Shown: positions 38,343 through 50,600 of the stretch, piece after piece | Numbering within the stretch: the stretch's first letter is position 1 | Layout: each line of letters opens with the position of its first letter | Assembly: GCA_024679065.1 (NCBI GenBank) | Contig: JAGIQG010000001.1 | Coordinates: forward strand, 130,448,001 to 130,512,000 | Origin: Sphyrna mokarran | Lineage: Eukaryota | Reading direction: 5' to 3' | DNA length: 64,000 nt | Translations under genes and position numbers: made by a program | The notes under the pieces: model-generated | Databases searched by the model: none | Told to the model about the DNA's origin: nothing | The model's input: only the letters and a program-made list of their open reading frames with translations

Positions 38343-40016
38343 AACATAGAACATAGAACAATACAGCACAGAACAGGCCCTTCGGCCTTCGATGTTGTGC
38401 CGACCTAAATAAAAAGCAATGCCCCTCCTAACTAAACCATTCCCTTCTCTTCCATATACTTATCAACTAACCTCTTAAACGCCACCAAACTTGGCGCATC
38501 TACAACAGCTGCAGGCAGGGCATTCCACTCCCTAATCACTCTTTGAGTAAAGAACCTACCTCTGATATCCGTCCTATAACTCATACCCCTTAATTTAAAG
38601 CTGTGTCCCCTCGTGCTAGCTTTCTCCATCCTAGGAAAAAGGCTATCACTGTCCACCCTATCCAAACCTCTAATCATCTTATATGCTTCAATAAGATCCC
38701 CCCTTAGCCGCCTCCTTTCTAACGAAAACAACCTCAAATCCTTCAACCTCTCTTCATAGGACCTGCCCTCCATACCAGGCAACATCCTGGTAAACCTCCT
38801 CTGTACCCTCTCCAATGCCTCCACATCTTTCTTATAATGTGGGGACCAGAACTGCACACAATACTCCAAGTGCGGCCGCACTAGAGTTTTGTACAGTTGC
38901 AACATGATGCTGCGGCTCCTAAATTCAATCCCCCTACCAATAAAAGCTAAGACTCCATATGCCTTCTTAACAACTTTATCCACTTGACTGCCTACTTTCA
39001 GGGATCTATTGACACATACACCAAGATCCTTCTGTTCCTCAACACTATTAAGAGCCCTACCATTAGCCCTATACTCTACACATTTATTGTTCCTGCCAAA
39101 GTGCATTACCTCACACTTTTCCACATTAAACTCCATTTGCCACCTCTCGGCCCAGCTCTGCAACTTGTCCAAGTCACTCTGTAAACTAAAACACCCCTCT
39201 TCACTATCTACCACACCACCAACTTTAGTATCATCTGCAAATTTACTGATCCATCCCTCAATACCCTCATCCAGATCATTTATAAAAATTACAAACAGCA
39301 GGGGCCCCAAAACAGACCCCTGAGGCACACCACTCGTCACCGAACTCCACGATGAATATCTCCCATCAACCACCACCCTCTGTCTTCTATCTGCCAGCCA
39401 ATTTCTAATCCAATTAGCTAAATCACCCTCTATTCCACACATCTGCATTTTCTGTAGAAGTCTTCCATGGGCCACCTTATCAAAAGCCTTACTAAAGTCC
39501 ATATATACTACATCAACCGCCTTACCCCCATCCACCTCTCTGGTCACTTTCTCAAAAAACTCAATGAGGTTAGTAAGGCATGACCTACCCTTCACGAAAC
39601 CATGCTGACTATCCCCAATCAATTCATTTCTCTCTAAATAACTATAAATCCTATCCCTAATAATTCTCTCCAATACCTTGCCCACAACAGAAGTAAGACT
39701 CACTGGCCTATAATTCCCAGGAAGGTCTCTCTTCCCCTTCTTAAACAATGGGACCACATTCGCTATCCTCCAGTCCTCCGGAACCACACCCGTAACCAAC
39801 GAGGACCTGAAGATCAGAGCCAGAGGCTCTGCAATCTCCTCTCTTGCCTCCCAGAGAATCCTAGGGTAAATCCCGTCCGGCCCAGGGGACTTATCCAACT
39901 TCAAACCCTCGAGAATTTCTAACACATCCTCCCTATCTACTACAATACTCCCCAATTTGCAACCCTGTACCTCAGTGCTCTCCACAGCTACATTTCCAGC
40001 ACTCTGCGTGAATATT
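38343..40016 (-). mobile_element. Young 5'-truncated CR1 with an uninterrupted RT frame, nested in the host CR1 ORF1
   Basis: The frame is open from about 40016 to the stop at 38432: [48 protein letters not shown]. (tgttcta)n tail. Confidence 0.96.
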
Positions 40017-40869
40017 TCTTGCATGTGCAGAGGTCGTGGACACTGGAAGAATCTCTGAATTCCCACATCGCAAAAGAGGAGCATGACATTGGTCTGGGAT
40101 CTTCTGCCATGACTTAATCCTTAAATTAACTTATAACAACTATGACGCCAAGGAAAAAGAAAGGAAAAACTACTTAGCAGCTAATTACTTAGCTACTGGC
40201 TGTAATGGCACGGTTTGATTTCTTTCTATCTCTCACTTGCCCTTGAGTCTCCTTCGCAAGTCCACCTGTCAGCTTCTCCTGAAAATGAGCACCTCTTTCT
40301 TCTCAGTTCCAAATTCCCACTACTCTCACTCTGGCTGATTCTTATTCCAACTGCAGTCTGTCTCATTGGTTTATGCAAGCTCACTGATCAACTAGTGATC
40401 TGAAATAAGGGTTTCAGAAATTCTATATTTTAGATGACAATCAATAGTAGATACTAGAATAAAATTTTGATCCAATTATGGCTGTGGTATAAAATGAGTG
40501 TTCTTGGACAGATGGATTAGGTAAACACAAAGCTGTGAAATATTGAAACTAAATTTCAAACTATTACTGTGACAAAAATTGGACGTTCTCAAAGTTACAT
40601 TGTGCAGCATGTAGATTTGGAATCCTCTGTTAGTTTGGTGTCAACCATGATCACTTTGTGTTTGAGTTTTAAAAGTATGTCAACAATGAGGAATTCCTCC
40701 ATTTTTATTGAAAAGTGCCATACAGGCAATATTAAACATTTATTTTAAATGTAGGTTTTTATCCTGGGGGGAGAAATGGCCATTTCCTGAAAATCAGCAT
40801 GAAAATTGTGGTATACAATTTCAAACTGTCCTAAAAAGCAGAAGTACAGCAGACATTTACAGTCGTAAA

Positions 40870-41640
40870 GTCATAGAATGGTTAGGCAGCAGAGGAAGCA
40901 ATATGGCCTGTAATGTCATCTGGACTTCTGAAAGAGCAATTCACATAACACCACTCCACATTCTTCCTTTACAAATAATTACCCAATACCTTTTTTGAAT
41001 GCCTTGATTGAATCTGCTTCCAGCAATCCTCAGGCAGTGCATTCCAGATCCTCACCACTTGCTGTGTGAAAAACATTTTCCTCTTGTTGCCAGTGCTTCT
41101 TTGCCAACAATCTTAGATTTATGCCCTCTGGTTCTTGATACATCCACCAATGGAAACAGCTTCACCCTATTTACTCATCTATGATTCCAAATTTACATTT
41201 TTCATAATGCAATTTCAAGAATGTCCATTTTTTTGTCATGTTTGTAGCTGAAATTTCATAATTGAAAGTTAACATCAACATTTTGCAGCTTTGAGTTTCA
41301 CTTAATATAACTCTCTTCTTCATTTTATGCCCTCTTTATAAAGCTCAGGTACTGAATGCCTTCAATTTGTCCTGCTCAATGTTAATGCACATTTTCACAT
41401 GGGTCCCCCAGCTTCTCTGTCCATTTTAGAATTGAACCCTTTATGTTGTTTCTTTGCCTTCTTCCTATCAAAATGAATTACTCCATACTTCTCTGCGTTA
41501 AATTTAACTTGCCACTTGTCTGCTCCTTTCTCCACCCACCTGTGCAGGACCTTTTTGAAGTTTACTTTATCCTCTTCATAATACTTCCAAGTTTATATCT
41601 GCAAGTTTTGAAGTGTGCTTGTACGCCAAAGTCTGGCATT
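40870..41640 (-). mobile_element. Old CR1 3' fragment
   Basis: caggcagtgcattccagatcctcaccacttgctgtgtgaaaaac and ttaaatttaacttgccac. Confidence 0.65.
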
Positions 41641-41761
41641 AGCAGTGCTTTATTTTTAAGTACTGGAATGTAGCAAGGAAATATTAGTCTTTCCCTGTGA
41701 TATTACATTGATGTAAAGTGAATTGATTGAATGTTGGCCTTCAGTTCAGTTTTCATAATTT

Positions 41762-42050
41762 ATTTTATTATTGTTACAAGTAGGCTTATAGTAACACTGC
41801 ATTGAAGTTACTGTGGAAATCCCTAAGTCGTCACACTTGGGTTCCTTTTTGAGCATACTGAGGGAGAATTTAGCATGGTCAATGCACCTAACCAGCATGA
41901 CTTTCTAACTGTGGGAGGAAGTTGGAGAAACCAGAGGAAATCATGCAAACGCGAGGGAGAATTTGCAGATTCCACAAACAGTGACCCAAAGCCAGGAATC
42001 AAACCCTGGTGCCTGGCGTTTTGAGGCAGCAGTGCTAACCACTTTGCCAA
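41762..42050 (-). mobile_element. tRNA-derived V-SINE (HE1-like)
   Basis: Same tail type as 836-1130. Head gaggcagcagtgctaaccact. Confidence 0.85.
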
Positions 42051-42056
42051 GAAGCT

Positions 42057-42086
42057 GCTGACAGCTTTCATATGAAAGCTGTCAGC
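42057..42086. repeat. Perfect 30-bp palindrome
   Basis: gctgacagctttcat|atgaaagctgtcagc. Confidence 0.95.
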
Positions 42087-42231
42087 GACAAGCAAGCTTC
42101 AAAACAGAGACACTTGAACCAGTATTTCTGATGTAGTATTGATACCAATGAAAAATGCATCTTCTTTTATATAAAGAATAATTTTCCACTTGTTCCCTTT
42201 CCCACCCAACTTGTTGGACCTAACTCGAATT

Positions 42232-42388
42232 AAATTGATTTTCTCTACACTCTAGCTATGACTGTAACACTACATTCTGCACTCTCCTTTTGTGCCCTAT
42301 GTATGCTGTGCTATGACTTTATAACATACAAGAAACAATATTTTTCACTGTGCACTAATACATGTGAAATAATAAATCAAATCAAATG
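42232..42388 (+). mobile_element. Rex1/Babar 3' tail
   Basis: Reverse complement of the tails at 17285-17440 and 19008-19165. Ends aataaatcaaatcaaat. Confidence 0.8.
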
Positions 42389-45239
42389 ATTGAGATAATC
42401 CGCACTGAGAGTAGTTCACCTGTAGTACCTGGTTATCCACTGGACTGAGATGAACTATCTACCTTGGATATTGCGTTCTAGCTAATGATAGTGATTTTCT
42501 GCTAGTATATCAAAATTGTCAATAGAAAGTTTACCTACAAATTGTACTATGCAGAAACTAATTTCAATTGCCATTAAGGTGATATGCTGGTAACTATCTT
42601 AATTGAATCATAATTTACATTGGTTCACATGATATGAGATAATATAGATCTCTGACCTGTTGTGGCCAGGTTTAATATCTAGGCACTATTAAATTTTCCA
42701 ACCTAGCCTAGCTGGCGATGGAAAATATTCCAATTATCTTATAGTGTGCTGAGTCAGCAATAGTCAGAACCCATTCTAATATTGTTTGGAGCCATAATTT
42801 GGATGTCAGTGTTGGGGCATGGAAGAGTAGCCAGTCAGTTTTACCATTAGATCTGGGACAAATATCTCCTACAGCTGTCATATGGATTTTTTTTATTTCC
42901 CGTCTCTGCCATTATCAAGGCCTTGAAGTCTATTCCACGTTGCAGGCTTTCAGGTTGCCTTTCTGCATGCTTTGTCTGATATTCATATGTTCTCTGTCAC
43001 TCATAAATGCTTTTTAACTTCTTTTAATTTCTCTTATTTTGTCTCCTCTTGTCCTCTGCCAATATAATTTTGTGAACTGTCGTGTTTTCACTTTGTGTAT
43101 TATAAGTCAACTTATTTCTCTCCAATTGGACACCTTTTTTACCTCTGTTTTTGCTGCCTGTTCACTGCCGTTTTTAATATATTTCAGTTCTGATGAGTTT
43201 CATTTCTAAAGCACTAACTTGTCTGTTCTTTACATAATGCTGACAGACCTACTGAGTGTTTCCACCTTTTATGTTTAATTGATTTTCAGCATATGCGGTT
43301 ACTTACTATAATGTTTCAATTTTATTTTTCAACTTTTGTAGTTTTCCCTTTGTAGTGCAAAACCTTTGAAACTGGTATGAAAATAATTAGCCCTTTTTAA
43401 CGCTCCTAATGGCTGCATGCAAGTTTGGATTGAGATTCCCTATTGACTTGACTTCAGACCTTTCAGGGCAGGAGTTGCCATTTGTCTTCAGGGCTGGAGT
43501 TGCCAAACGGACAGATCATAGGCTAATTGAACACTTCCATATGAAAATCTAGATTGGAGAGACTTTAATAATCATCTGTTATAAGCTTGTAGATAGTAGA
43601 AGGAGGGAGCCATTTTTATCGTCCACATTGAAACCAAACTCTTTCTATTGACTACTGAAAGAACTTGAGTTATACAGACTCCTGTCAACGCTGAGGCTAT
43701 TTAAGAATCCTTTTGCAAGTTGTTAAGGGTTTATATTTGGGGTAGGAGAAGTTTACTTTAAATTTGTATCTATCAGCCAGCAGCAATTATAACTGGTTTT
43801 CCACTTTCAGAAAACTTAATTAAAAAAATTGTTAACTTTCAAAATTTCAAGTTTTATTCTTATTCAAAGTAAAGAATCCAGTTATGGAGAATGGAGGATT
43901 CCTATATCAGGTAAATCACTGAGATCAAGTGTAATATCTATTGTTCTAATTTTAAATTTTAAGTCTACAAGTATAACTGAGTGATAGAATATTGAATTGA
44001 TTTGTACCTGGAATGAGGCTCAGCTTCCCCACCCTCTGCCAATGCCCATCTGTTTAGTTTAGTTTTTTGTTGCCTGATCTCTCCAATTTTTTTTGCCCAT
44101 CTGTCTCACCTCTGAACTGTTAGTCCTATCTCTGCCTATCTTAATTTTTCAGTACCTTTATATTGTGCTCTGCCTTTCCATAATTTATCTCCTTTTGAAT
44201 GTCTCATTCTGCCCCACTGTCTTTAAAATCTTGTTTCTCTCTCTTGAACTTCTTCATTAGTTCTGTAGAGCACTCCCCTCACCATCGTTGATCCAGTATC
44301 TCTTTACTGCCATATCTGCACTTCCCTGCTGTTACACTTCTTCACTCACTCTTGTGGGTGGTGTGAAAATGATCTGTAGGACCAGGGGAAGAGAAGAACC
44401 AAAAAATGGTGAGAAGGAATTGGAAATTTCCAGAGGTCCTGAGGGAATCTGAAAGGAAGACAAGAGGTTTCAATGAGGCTACTATTTAAAATTTGGCAGT
44501 AGAGGCTTAGTAGCCACACAACAAGATAAGATGACTCACATAACTCGCATTCTGGCAGGAAACCTGAAATTGCACCATGACAAGCCATTCATCTCTCAGG
44601 ATTTGTTACAACTGGACTCCTTAAGTTTGAAGCTACACTTGAAATACTTTTTAAAAATGTAATCCCAGGCTCAGTGGTAAGAACAGCAACTTGCATTCAT
44701 TTATTGCCTTTTGTTTTGTTTCAGAGATGACTCTCACCAGGATTTTAGTACAAACAGGACTTTATCACAAAAGCTTTTACAGTGTCTGCTCTCTACAATC
44801 TTACAGCTTACTTTCAGTTTCTCTTTCTTTGTAACCACACCTGTAGGGTTGACTAACTGCTAACAGCACAGAACAGTCAACACCAATAAAAACTGGACAA
44901 TTGGGCACAAAATCCTTCTCCATTGTGGAAGACCTTATTTTAAATTAAACCATCCGAAAAAACAAACATACGTATATTGTCAGTTTTTCGAGATCGAAGT
45001 ATCTATTTAATCTTGAGATATGAAGGTCGCTGATAACAGTGCTAAGAGCTGCGAATTTGAGGTTGTAATTCCACATGATCACCTCGAAGAGGTGGAAGAT
45101 CTTACTGTGATCGCTGTCAGAAAAGGAAATATATCCTCATACTTGCGGTCCTTGAAATATTCTGGTCTGCCCATTATCAAGCATCTCATATTCCTCCTTG
45201 TGTTATCCTCCAACAGATATAAACAATGGTATCAAATAA

Positions 45240-46240
45240 CCACCTGAACTACTTTGGTCCTGACAGAGATTATGTCAGCTTGTGCTAATAATCAGTGCAG
45301 AGAATGAACTTTCTACCATAGAGATGCATGTGTTAATATTCACAAGCGTAAATAGAGGAAAATGCTTTCTACTCTCTAGTAGAATATTTATGTTCAGTTT
45401 CTGACAAGGACATGATGCATAAGTGATTTGCTGTTTGCTTTCTTTCAATGTACTGACTATACAGTTCTAATCAGATTTCCTGACACGTTTATTGTAACGT
45501 ACATTTCCTCATAAATTGAAATGTGTGAGGATGGCGGAGATCACTTTTAACATGTCTGATGCTGATTGCTGTACAGTTGCCCATTCATTTTGTGCAGTAG
45601 CATGTGGAGAGGGTCTATGGTCTCTGCATACTGAGAAAAATTGGTAGTATGAGGAATGGTGCTTTGTTTGAGGGTCTCAGGACTGCATGAATGGCTTTGC
45701 TGTTCTGTTTAGGCTTTGTTCTGGCTGCTGTTATTCCCTACCTTAGTTTTTGTCTTGTTAAATTGTGTATAGCTGCTGATTCATGTTTTGTTTTGTTCCT
45801 TCCATAGACAAGAATTTGTTGAGTTTGTTTGACTGTCTCTTTAATATTTGGGAAGAAAATATTCCTTACTCTCCCTGAATGTAGTAAATAAGGAATGTTG
45901 ATCATGTTAATGTGTGCTGTGGTGGGCTTTTAAGATTGAAGCCAAGTTTATCAAATCGGTTTACCCATAAGCCTTCTACTTTTGGCTAGAAAACAGGGAA
46001 CTTATTTCAGCTCATGTCTCATGTTTTTGTAGCGCTCTGAACTGTGATTGTTTCCAAAACAGGAATAATCAAGTTCTTGTAAGTTTAAAAGTGTCTGTTG
46101 CAAGATTGAGGTAAAGTTGCAAGAACAACCGTGATAGATACTTTTGATGTGACCTGAATGAGGAGTGACACTCATACCTGTGATCTCAACTTTGCGATCC
46201 TTAAAATGACCTGGAGTTACCACCTGTGTTAAATACATGC
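45240..46240 (-). mobile_element. Decayed Gypsy pol (RT to RNase H); possible LTR remnant at about 44712-44882
   Basis: Minus-strand blocks appear in the correct order: EGLWVNRFDKLGFNLKSPP, ILVYGRNKTKHE, KAIHAVLRPSNK, YAETIDPLHMLLHK, WATVQQSASDMLK..ILTHFN, YVTINVSG..IRTV*S, ITYAS, KYSTRE*KA..ACEY*HMHLYGRKFILCTDY. Confidence 0.85.
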
Positions 46241-47537
46241 TGTATTTAACATCTAAGAGTAGATTCCTCTATGTAGCAAACTGAAGAGATTGTCTTCATT
46301 GACCTACATTTGTTAATGCAGTATTTCATCTTTGAACACGAGTTACAATTTTTCCCTCTAAATGGATATGGTATTGTGAATCAGTGGGTATCTACATAAT
46401 TTAGGTGCGGGTAAGGAAGTCTTGATGACAGGGAAGCAAGAGTTGGTGAGTCTGCTAAGATTTCTTTGTCCTTAGCACTTTCATTTGAGTTATTTGCTCA
46501 AGCTGTGTTTGCATTCTGTTGAATCTGAGGGTGAATATCTTTAAATCAAATATGACAGATTTGATTTATGCTGCCAAGATTATGGGTTTTCCTAGAATAA
46601 ATAATTATCCTCCCTGATGCATGGAATTGAAATTGTCGATTAATTAATTAGTCCGTCAAACTTACACATGGACACCAACTGCCATGTATCAATTTATGGG
46701 CTAACCATTTTCCTGGCAGCTCTGGTGGAAGGATACCATTCCATTGTTGCTCTTTCCTTTTGCCCAAGCATTTTTTTCAGCACATTTAATACCATATCAA
46801 ACAAAGATTTGTCATCTTTGAGCTGCTAGCGTTATGTCCCAAGGCAATGCATGAGAATCACCTTCTTGCTATCTACTGTCAAGATTGTATCTTCCATTCC
46901 TGTTCCTGTTCCTGAAATCCATCAATTCCATAGCAGAATCTCTCTGTGAAGAAACTAAAGGTGCTGGAGTGAGGAAATTTAAAATATTCCCCATCTTAGT
47001 TGCCAGTTATTTTGCTTTGTTTCTCTGAGATGTACAGAGATGATCCTCACCGGAGTCTGTGTGAGAACGGGATTTTGTAAGTCTTTTAAAATGCCTGCTT
47101 CCTACAAGCTTGCAACTTGCTTTCAGTTTCTCTTTTTCGAAACCATATCTCCAGACTTCCACAACTGCACAGGGAGCAGTCAACAGCATGCAAAATCAAA
47201 CACAGAATAATTAAATACAACATCCATAATGTAAAGAAAACCCAAGCCAGTTCAGGAATCATTGCCAAGCAAAATTTGACACGCACAACAATATCCGATC
47301 AAATGATCAAAAGTAAGTGGTATGAAAGTTCTTATAGGAAGAGGAAAAGATGTAAAAAGGTTCCAAAATCTTAGATCCAAGGAGCTGAAGATGCTAACAT
47401 CTGTAATGGGTTGGTTACAATCTAGAATGCAAAGAGGCAATATTGGAAGAATGGAGTGATATAGAGGTTACACAACTGGGGAGTGGCAAGATCATAGAGG
47501 AATTTGAAGGCAAGGGTGAGAATCTTAAAGTCAGTTC

Positions 47538-47700
47538 AAAGATGTTTGGATTAGGTGGATTGGCCATGCTAAATTGCCCCTCAGTGTCAGGGGGACTAGT
47601 TAGGGTAAGTGCATGAGATTATGGAGATAGGGCCTAGTGAGATTGTGGTTGGTGTCGACTCGATGGGCCGAATTGTGGCCGCCTGCACTGTAGGATTGTT
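47538..47700 (+). mobile_element. 3' half of a V-SINE (CR1-type tail)
   Basis: gattggccatgctaaattgcccctcagtgtc..gactcgatgggccgaat. Confidence 0.75.
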
Positions 47701-49138
47701 AGTCCAAATAAAGATTCCTTATTAAGGATTTCTGACGGCTGCTTCAGAGCCAAAATTGTGGCACCAGTTGTCTGCTATAGGATTCTGAAATATTACTGGA
47801 GTAGGGGAGTTCCATCTTGATATTTTGTCTAACTACAATGTACTATTTTAAAAAAAAACTTCTATTTTCTCTGATAAAGCAGGCATATATTTAAAAAAGT
47901 GGAAGGGGAAGCATACTTTAGTATTATAAAGCAGAATTACAAAAACATAATTTTCAGACAGTTGAGCTACGGTTTGCTGCAGGTAGCCATTGGAACATGG
48001 GAACATTTGTGGTAATATGAATTTTCAGCATTACCTATGATCTTTTAGTTGAAAAAATATGCATACTTCTGCCTTGATTTGTCAATAATTATCTAACAGC
48101 CTTTCTCCTAATCAGAGTGTTAATCAGTCTGCTAAGATGGAACTGCATTTAACTTGACCAGTCCTCTCAATGTTTAAACTTGAGATGACTACTTACTTGG
48201 TCAAGGAACTTTGTGACTCCAAAGGAGATTATCGCTTTCAGGTTGCAGCTGAGAAGTTTTCAGGATTTTGAAATTGCATAATTGAGCATCATGTGCAATT
48301 ATGCTGTTTTTAATATATTAATAGCACTTCTTCCATGATGTGATAAGTGTTATGATATGAGAGGAGCAAAATGTTACGCAATATTTTTTGTGCTAAAATG
48401 AAACTGCTTAATTTTAAGACTCCAAAGTCTGCTTTATGAACACTGGGAGAGTTAACTTGAAAGTTTACGACTTAGAATGGAAATCAAGCCTCCGATTTTG
48501 TTTTTGTGGGATGACGAGTTAAATAACAGGAATAATGATTGTTATAATTATATTTCTTCCAGTAATTTTTCAGAACATTCTATACAATAAATTAATCCAC
48601 ATTGAATTAGGTAATGCCAGTTAATTAGATGAAACAAATTGTGCCAATCACTAAACAGAAGTGGAGATGTCAAAGATGAAACCTGCCTGACTTCAATTTG
48701 CAACTCAAAGCCCTTAATGAGCTCATTATTGCCTCTTTCAGAAAATGGAGTGCAATCTTGGATTGGGTAAAGTAGTGGGAGATGGGTTCAACATATTGTC
48801 TCAAATGTCATGAGGGACCAGGTGATGCCATAATGAAAGTACTCAAGTATATCGGGACATATGCAAATTGTATTGACAATGGAAGACAGAGATGGCCCTC
48901 GCCGTATCAGCAGCAGAAAGAATGTAAAGTTGTCAACAGTAACAAATTATAGAAGAGCATTGAGAAGGGAAGTCAAAGTTAAAGGCAGAAAGCTATATTC
49001 CAATGCTGATTGGAGTAGTAGTTAAACATGCAGACCCTTTTTATGGCTTCTCTGCCTCATCTCTCCTTCCTTGGCTTATTGTTAAATTCTCATGATGCAG
49101 CTGTCCAGGTGGCTTCTCCACATTAAAGATGTATTCTA

Positions 49139-49891
49139 TGTGACAATACTGTACCTTTAAAAAATGTATTTTAATCATGTTTCTCTGTAGGGAATGTCAG
49201 CAATCCCTGGGATTTTGTTGCACTGTATTTCCTGTAGTCGGTGTCCTTTCTTGTTACTGAAGCAATATAATTGGCATCGTGGTTGTTTTAATCTGAACTG
49301 ATACAATGTTCTGTGTTTTTAATGTTCCCCTGGGATTGCAGAGCAGAACTTGATTTGAGATAATTGGCAAGTCAGATGATATGGCTGGGGATAGCTGTTT
49401 TTCACAGAGCATTCCAGTCTTAGTTTCATTTTTCAGGATTTGCTTGGAGCTGAGAGAAGCAGTAATGTTTTTCCCCTCTCTGGAATCTGAAGACTGGAAG
49501 CTGCCAGAGATTAAATTTACCTCTCTGAAGTTTGGCTATTTTGAGGATATATTCTGCTGTCCATTAGCATCATGTGAACATACTGAAATTTGGGCTAACT
49601 CAGTGTGATGTGGGATGTTGCTTTACCTTGGAATAAGAGAGATAGCTAACTGTTAGGAGTTATACAGTCATGTTTAAGTTTTATAATAGGTAAAGGTTAT
49701 ATGAACTCTTTTTATTATATTTTAACTGCGTTCAAAAATAAACTTTGTTTGATGAAAGCTTCTGCATTGATCATTTGAATCATACCTGGAGTGAAATACA
49801 TTATGCTCACCAATGCCAAAATCAAATGTAAAACTTTGGGTCTAGGCTAAGTTCACAAAATACCTTGGCATTTCTGGTCTGGAACTTAACA
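49139..49891 (+). mobile_element. Solo LTR (TG...CA)
   Basis: Starts tgtgaca, ends ttaaca and has AATAAA near 49737. Flanks tcta/tata match 3 of 4 as a TSD. Homologous to 21162-22427. Confidence 0.7.
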
Positions 49892-50099
49892 TATAATTGA
49901 AGTTTTTGTCATTGTTGGTGGGGGTTCATACCTAGTGTGCAGTCTGCTGCCAATTATGGAAGAGCACTCGATGAATGGTTTGAGTTTGACCCAATCAGCT
50001 AAGGTGCAGGAACAAGGGAAGTAGGACTCTGAGTGATGTTACACGTTCTCCTGAGGTTCACCATCCTCTCTGGATGAGCTTATGTGTTCAAAACATGGA

Positions 50100-50600
50100 A
50101 TCATTGTGGTACAAGATAAATGGACTGCTCAGCCCCACAGTGCCACAGGTAACAGCACTTGAGCGCACACATCATTGGTTTTCAATATTCAGGCCAATAT
50201 CTCTACCTTGCTGATAGGGATGTGTCAGTTTTCTGTCCTCCTAAAGGACCTAACCATGGCTGAATCTACTTGCCACCAATTCCTTTGGCTCTAAGTTGAC
50301 ACCAACTCTACTGATCTGCTAGCCCCATCGAAGTATGAATGTCTGTGCAGGTAAAGGATGCACTGGCAAAATGTGATCGTGCAGTCTCTGAGGCATCATC
50401 TTCATATTGCCTGTGCAATTGCTGTTTGCAGTTGACCATATTGGAAACATAATAGAGGATACTGAGCCTTCATATAACAGATGCTTATGCTGCTTAAAAT
50501 AATGAAACAACAGCTTCTGCAATGATAGGTAGTTGCACACAAAATATTTGCATACATCATTTGTATCCATAGATGATCAGATGCTGTTAATCTATCTCCA
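50100..50600 (-). mobile_element. Possible very decayed PIF/Harbinger transposase fragment
   Basis: Minus strand HDHILPVH..QTFILR followed by IGGK*IQPWL.PL loosely resembles CDH..I..V..PGS.HD.FILR and LGDKGY.L.PWLMTP. Weak. Confidence 0.3.

Larger units (their letters stand above)
33755..40390 (-). mobile_element. Near full-length, mutated CR1 LINE (5'UTR, ORF1 zinc finger plus esterase, ORF2 APE endonuclease plus RT, tail) hosting two younger CR1s
   Basis: ORF1 ATG at 40110 (MAEDPRPMSCSSFAMWEF..CTCKK|YVQLQLL). Esterase RAIVIRGSIVRGID, endonuclease DIIAIIERWL..RKDR..GEGVA and DLNFPNIDW, RT YMDFSKAFDK and KFADDTK. Tail near 33755. The 5' boundary is approximate. Confidence 0.88.

Noticed and set aside
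38432-40084. 550-aa ORF as a host gene or complete ORF2
   Set aside because: It is a 5'-truncated CR1 RT. The first ~22 residues come from the host CR1 ORF1 read out of frame, and there is no endonuclease domain.
43811-43910. Other AG...GT exon-like stretches (also about 20606-20764)
   Set aside because: The splice sites are weaker and there is no LRBA-like coding. Such pairs are expected by chance in a 51-kb intron.
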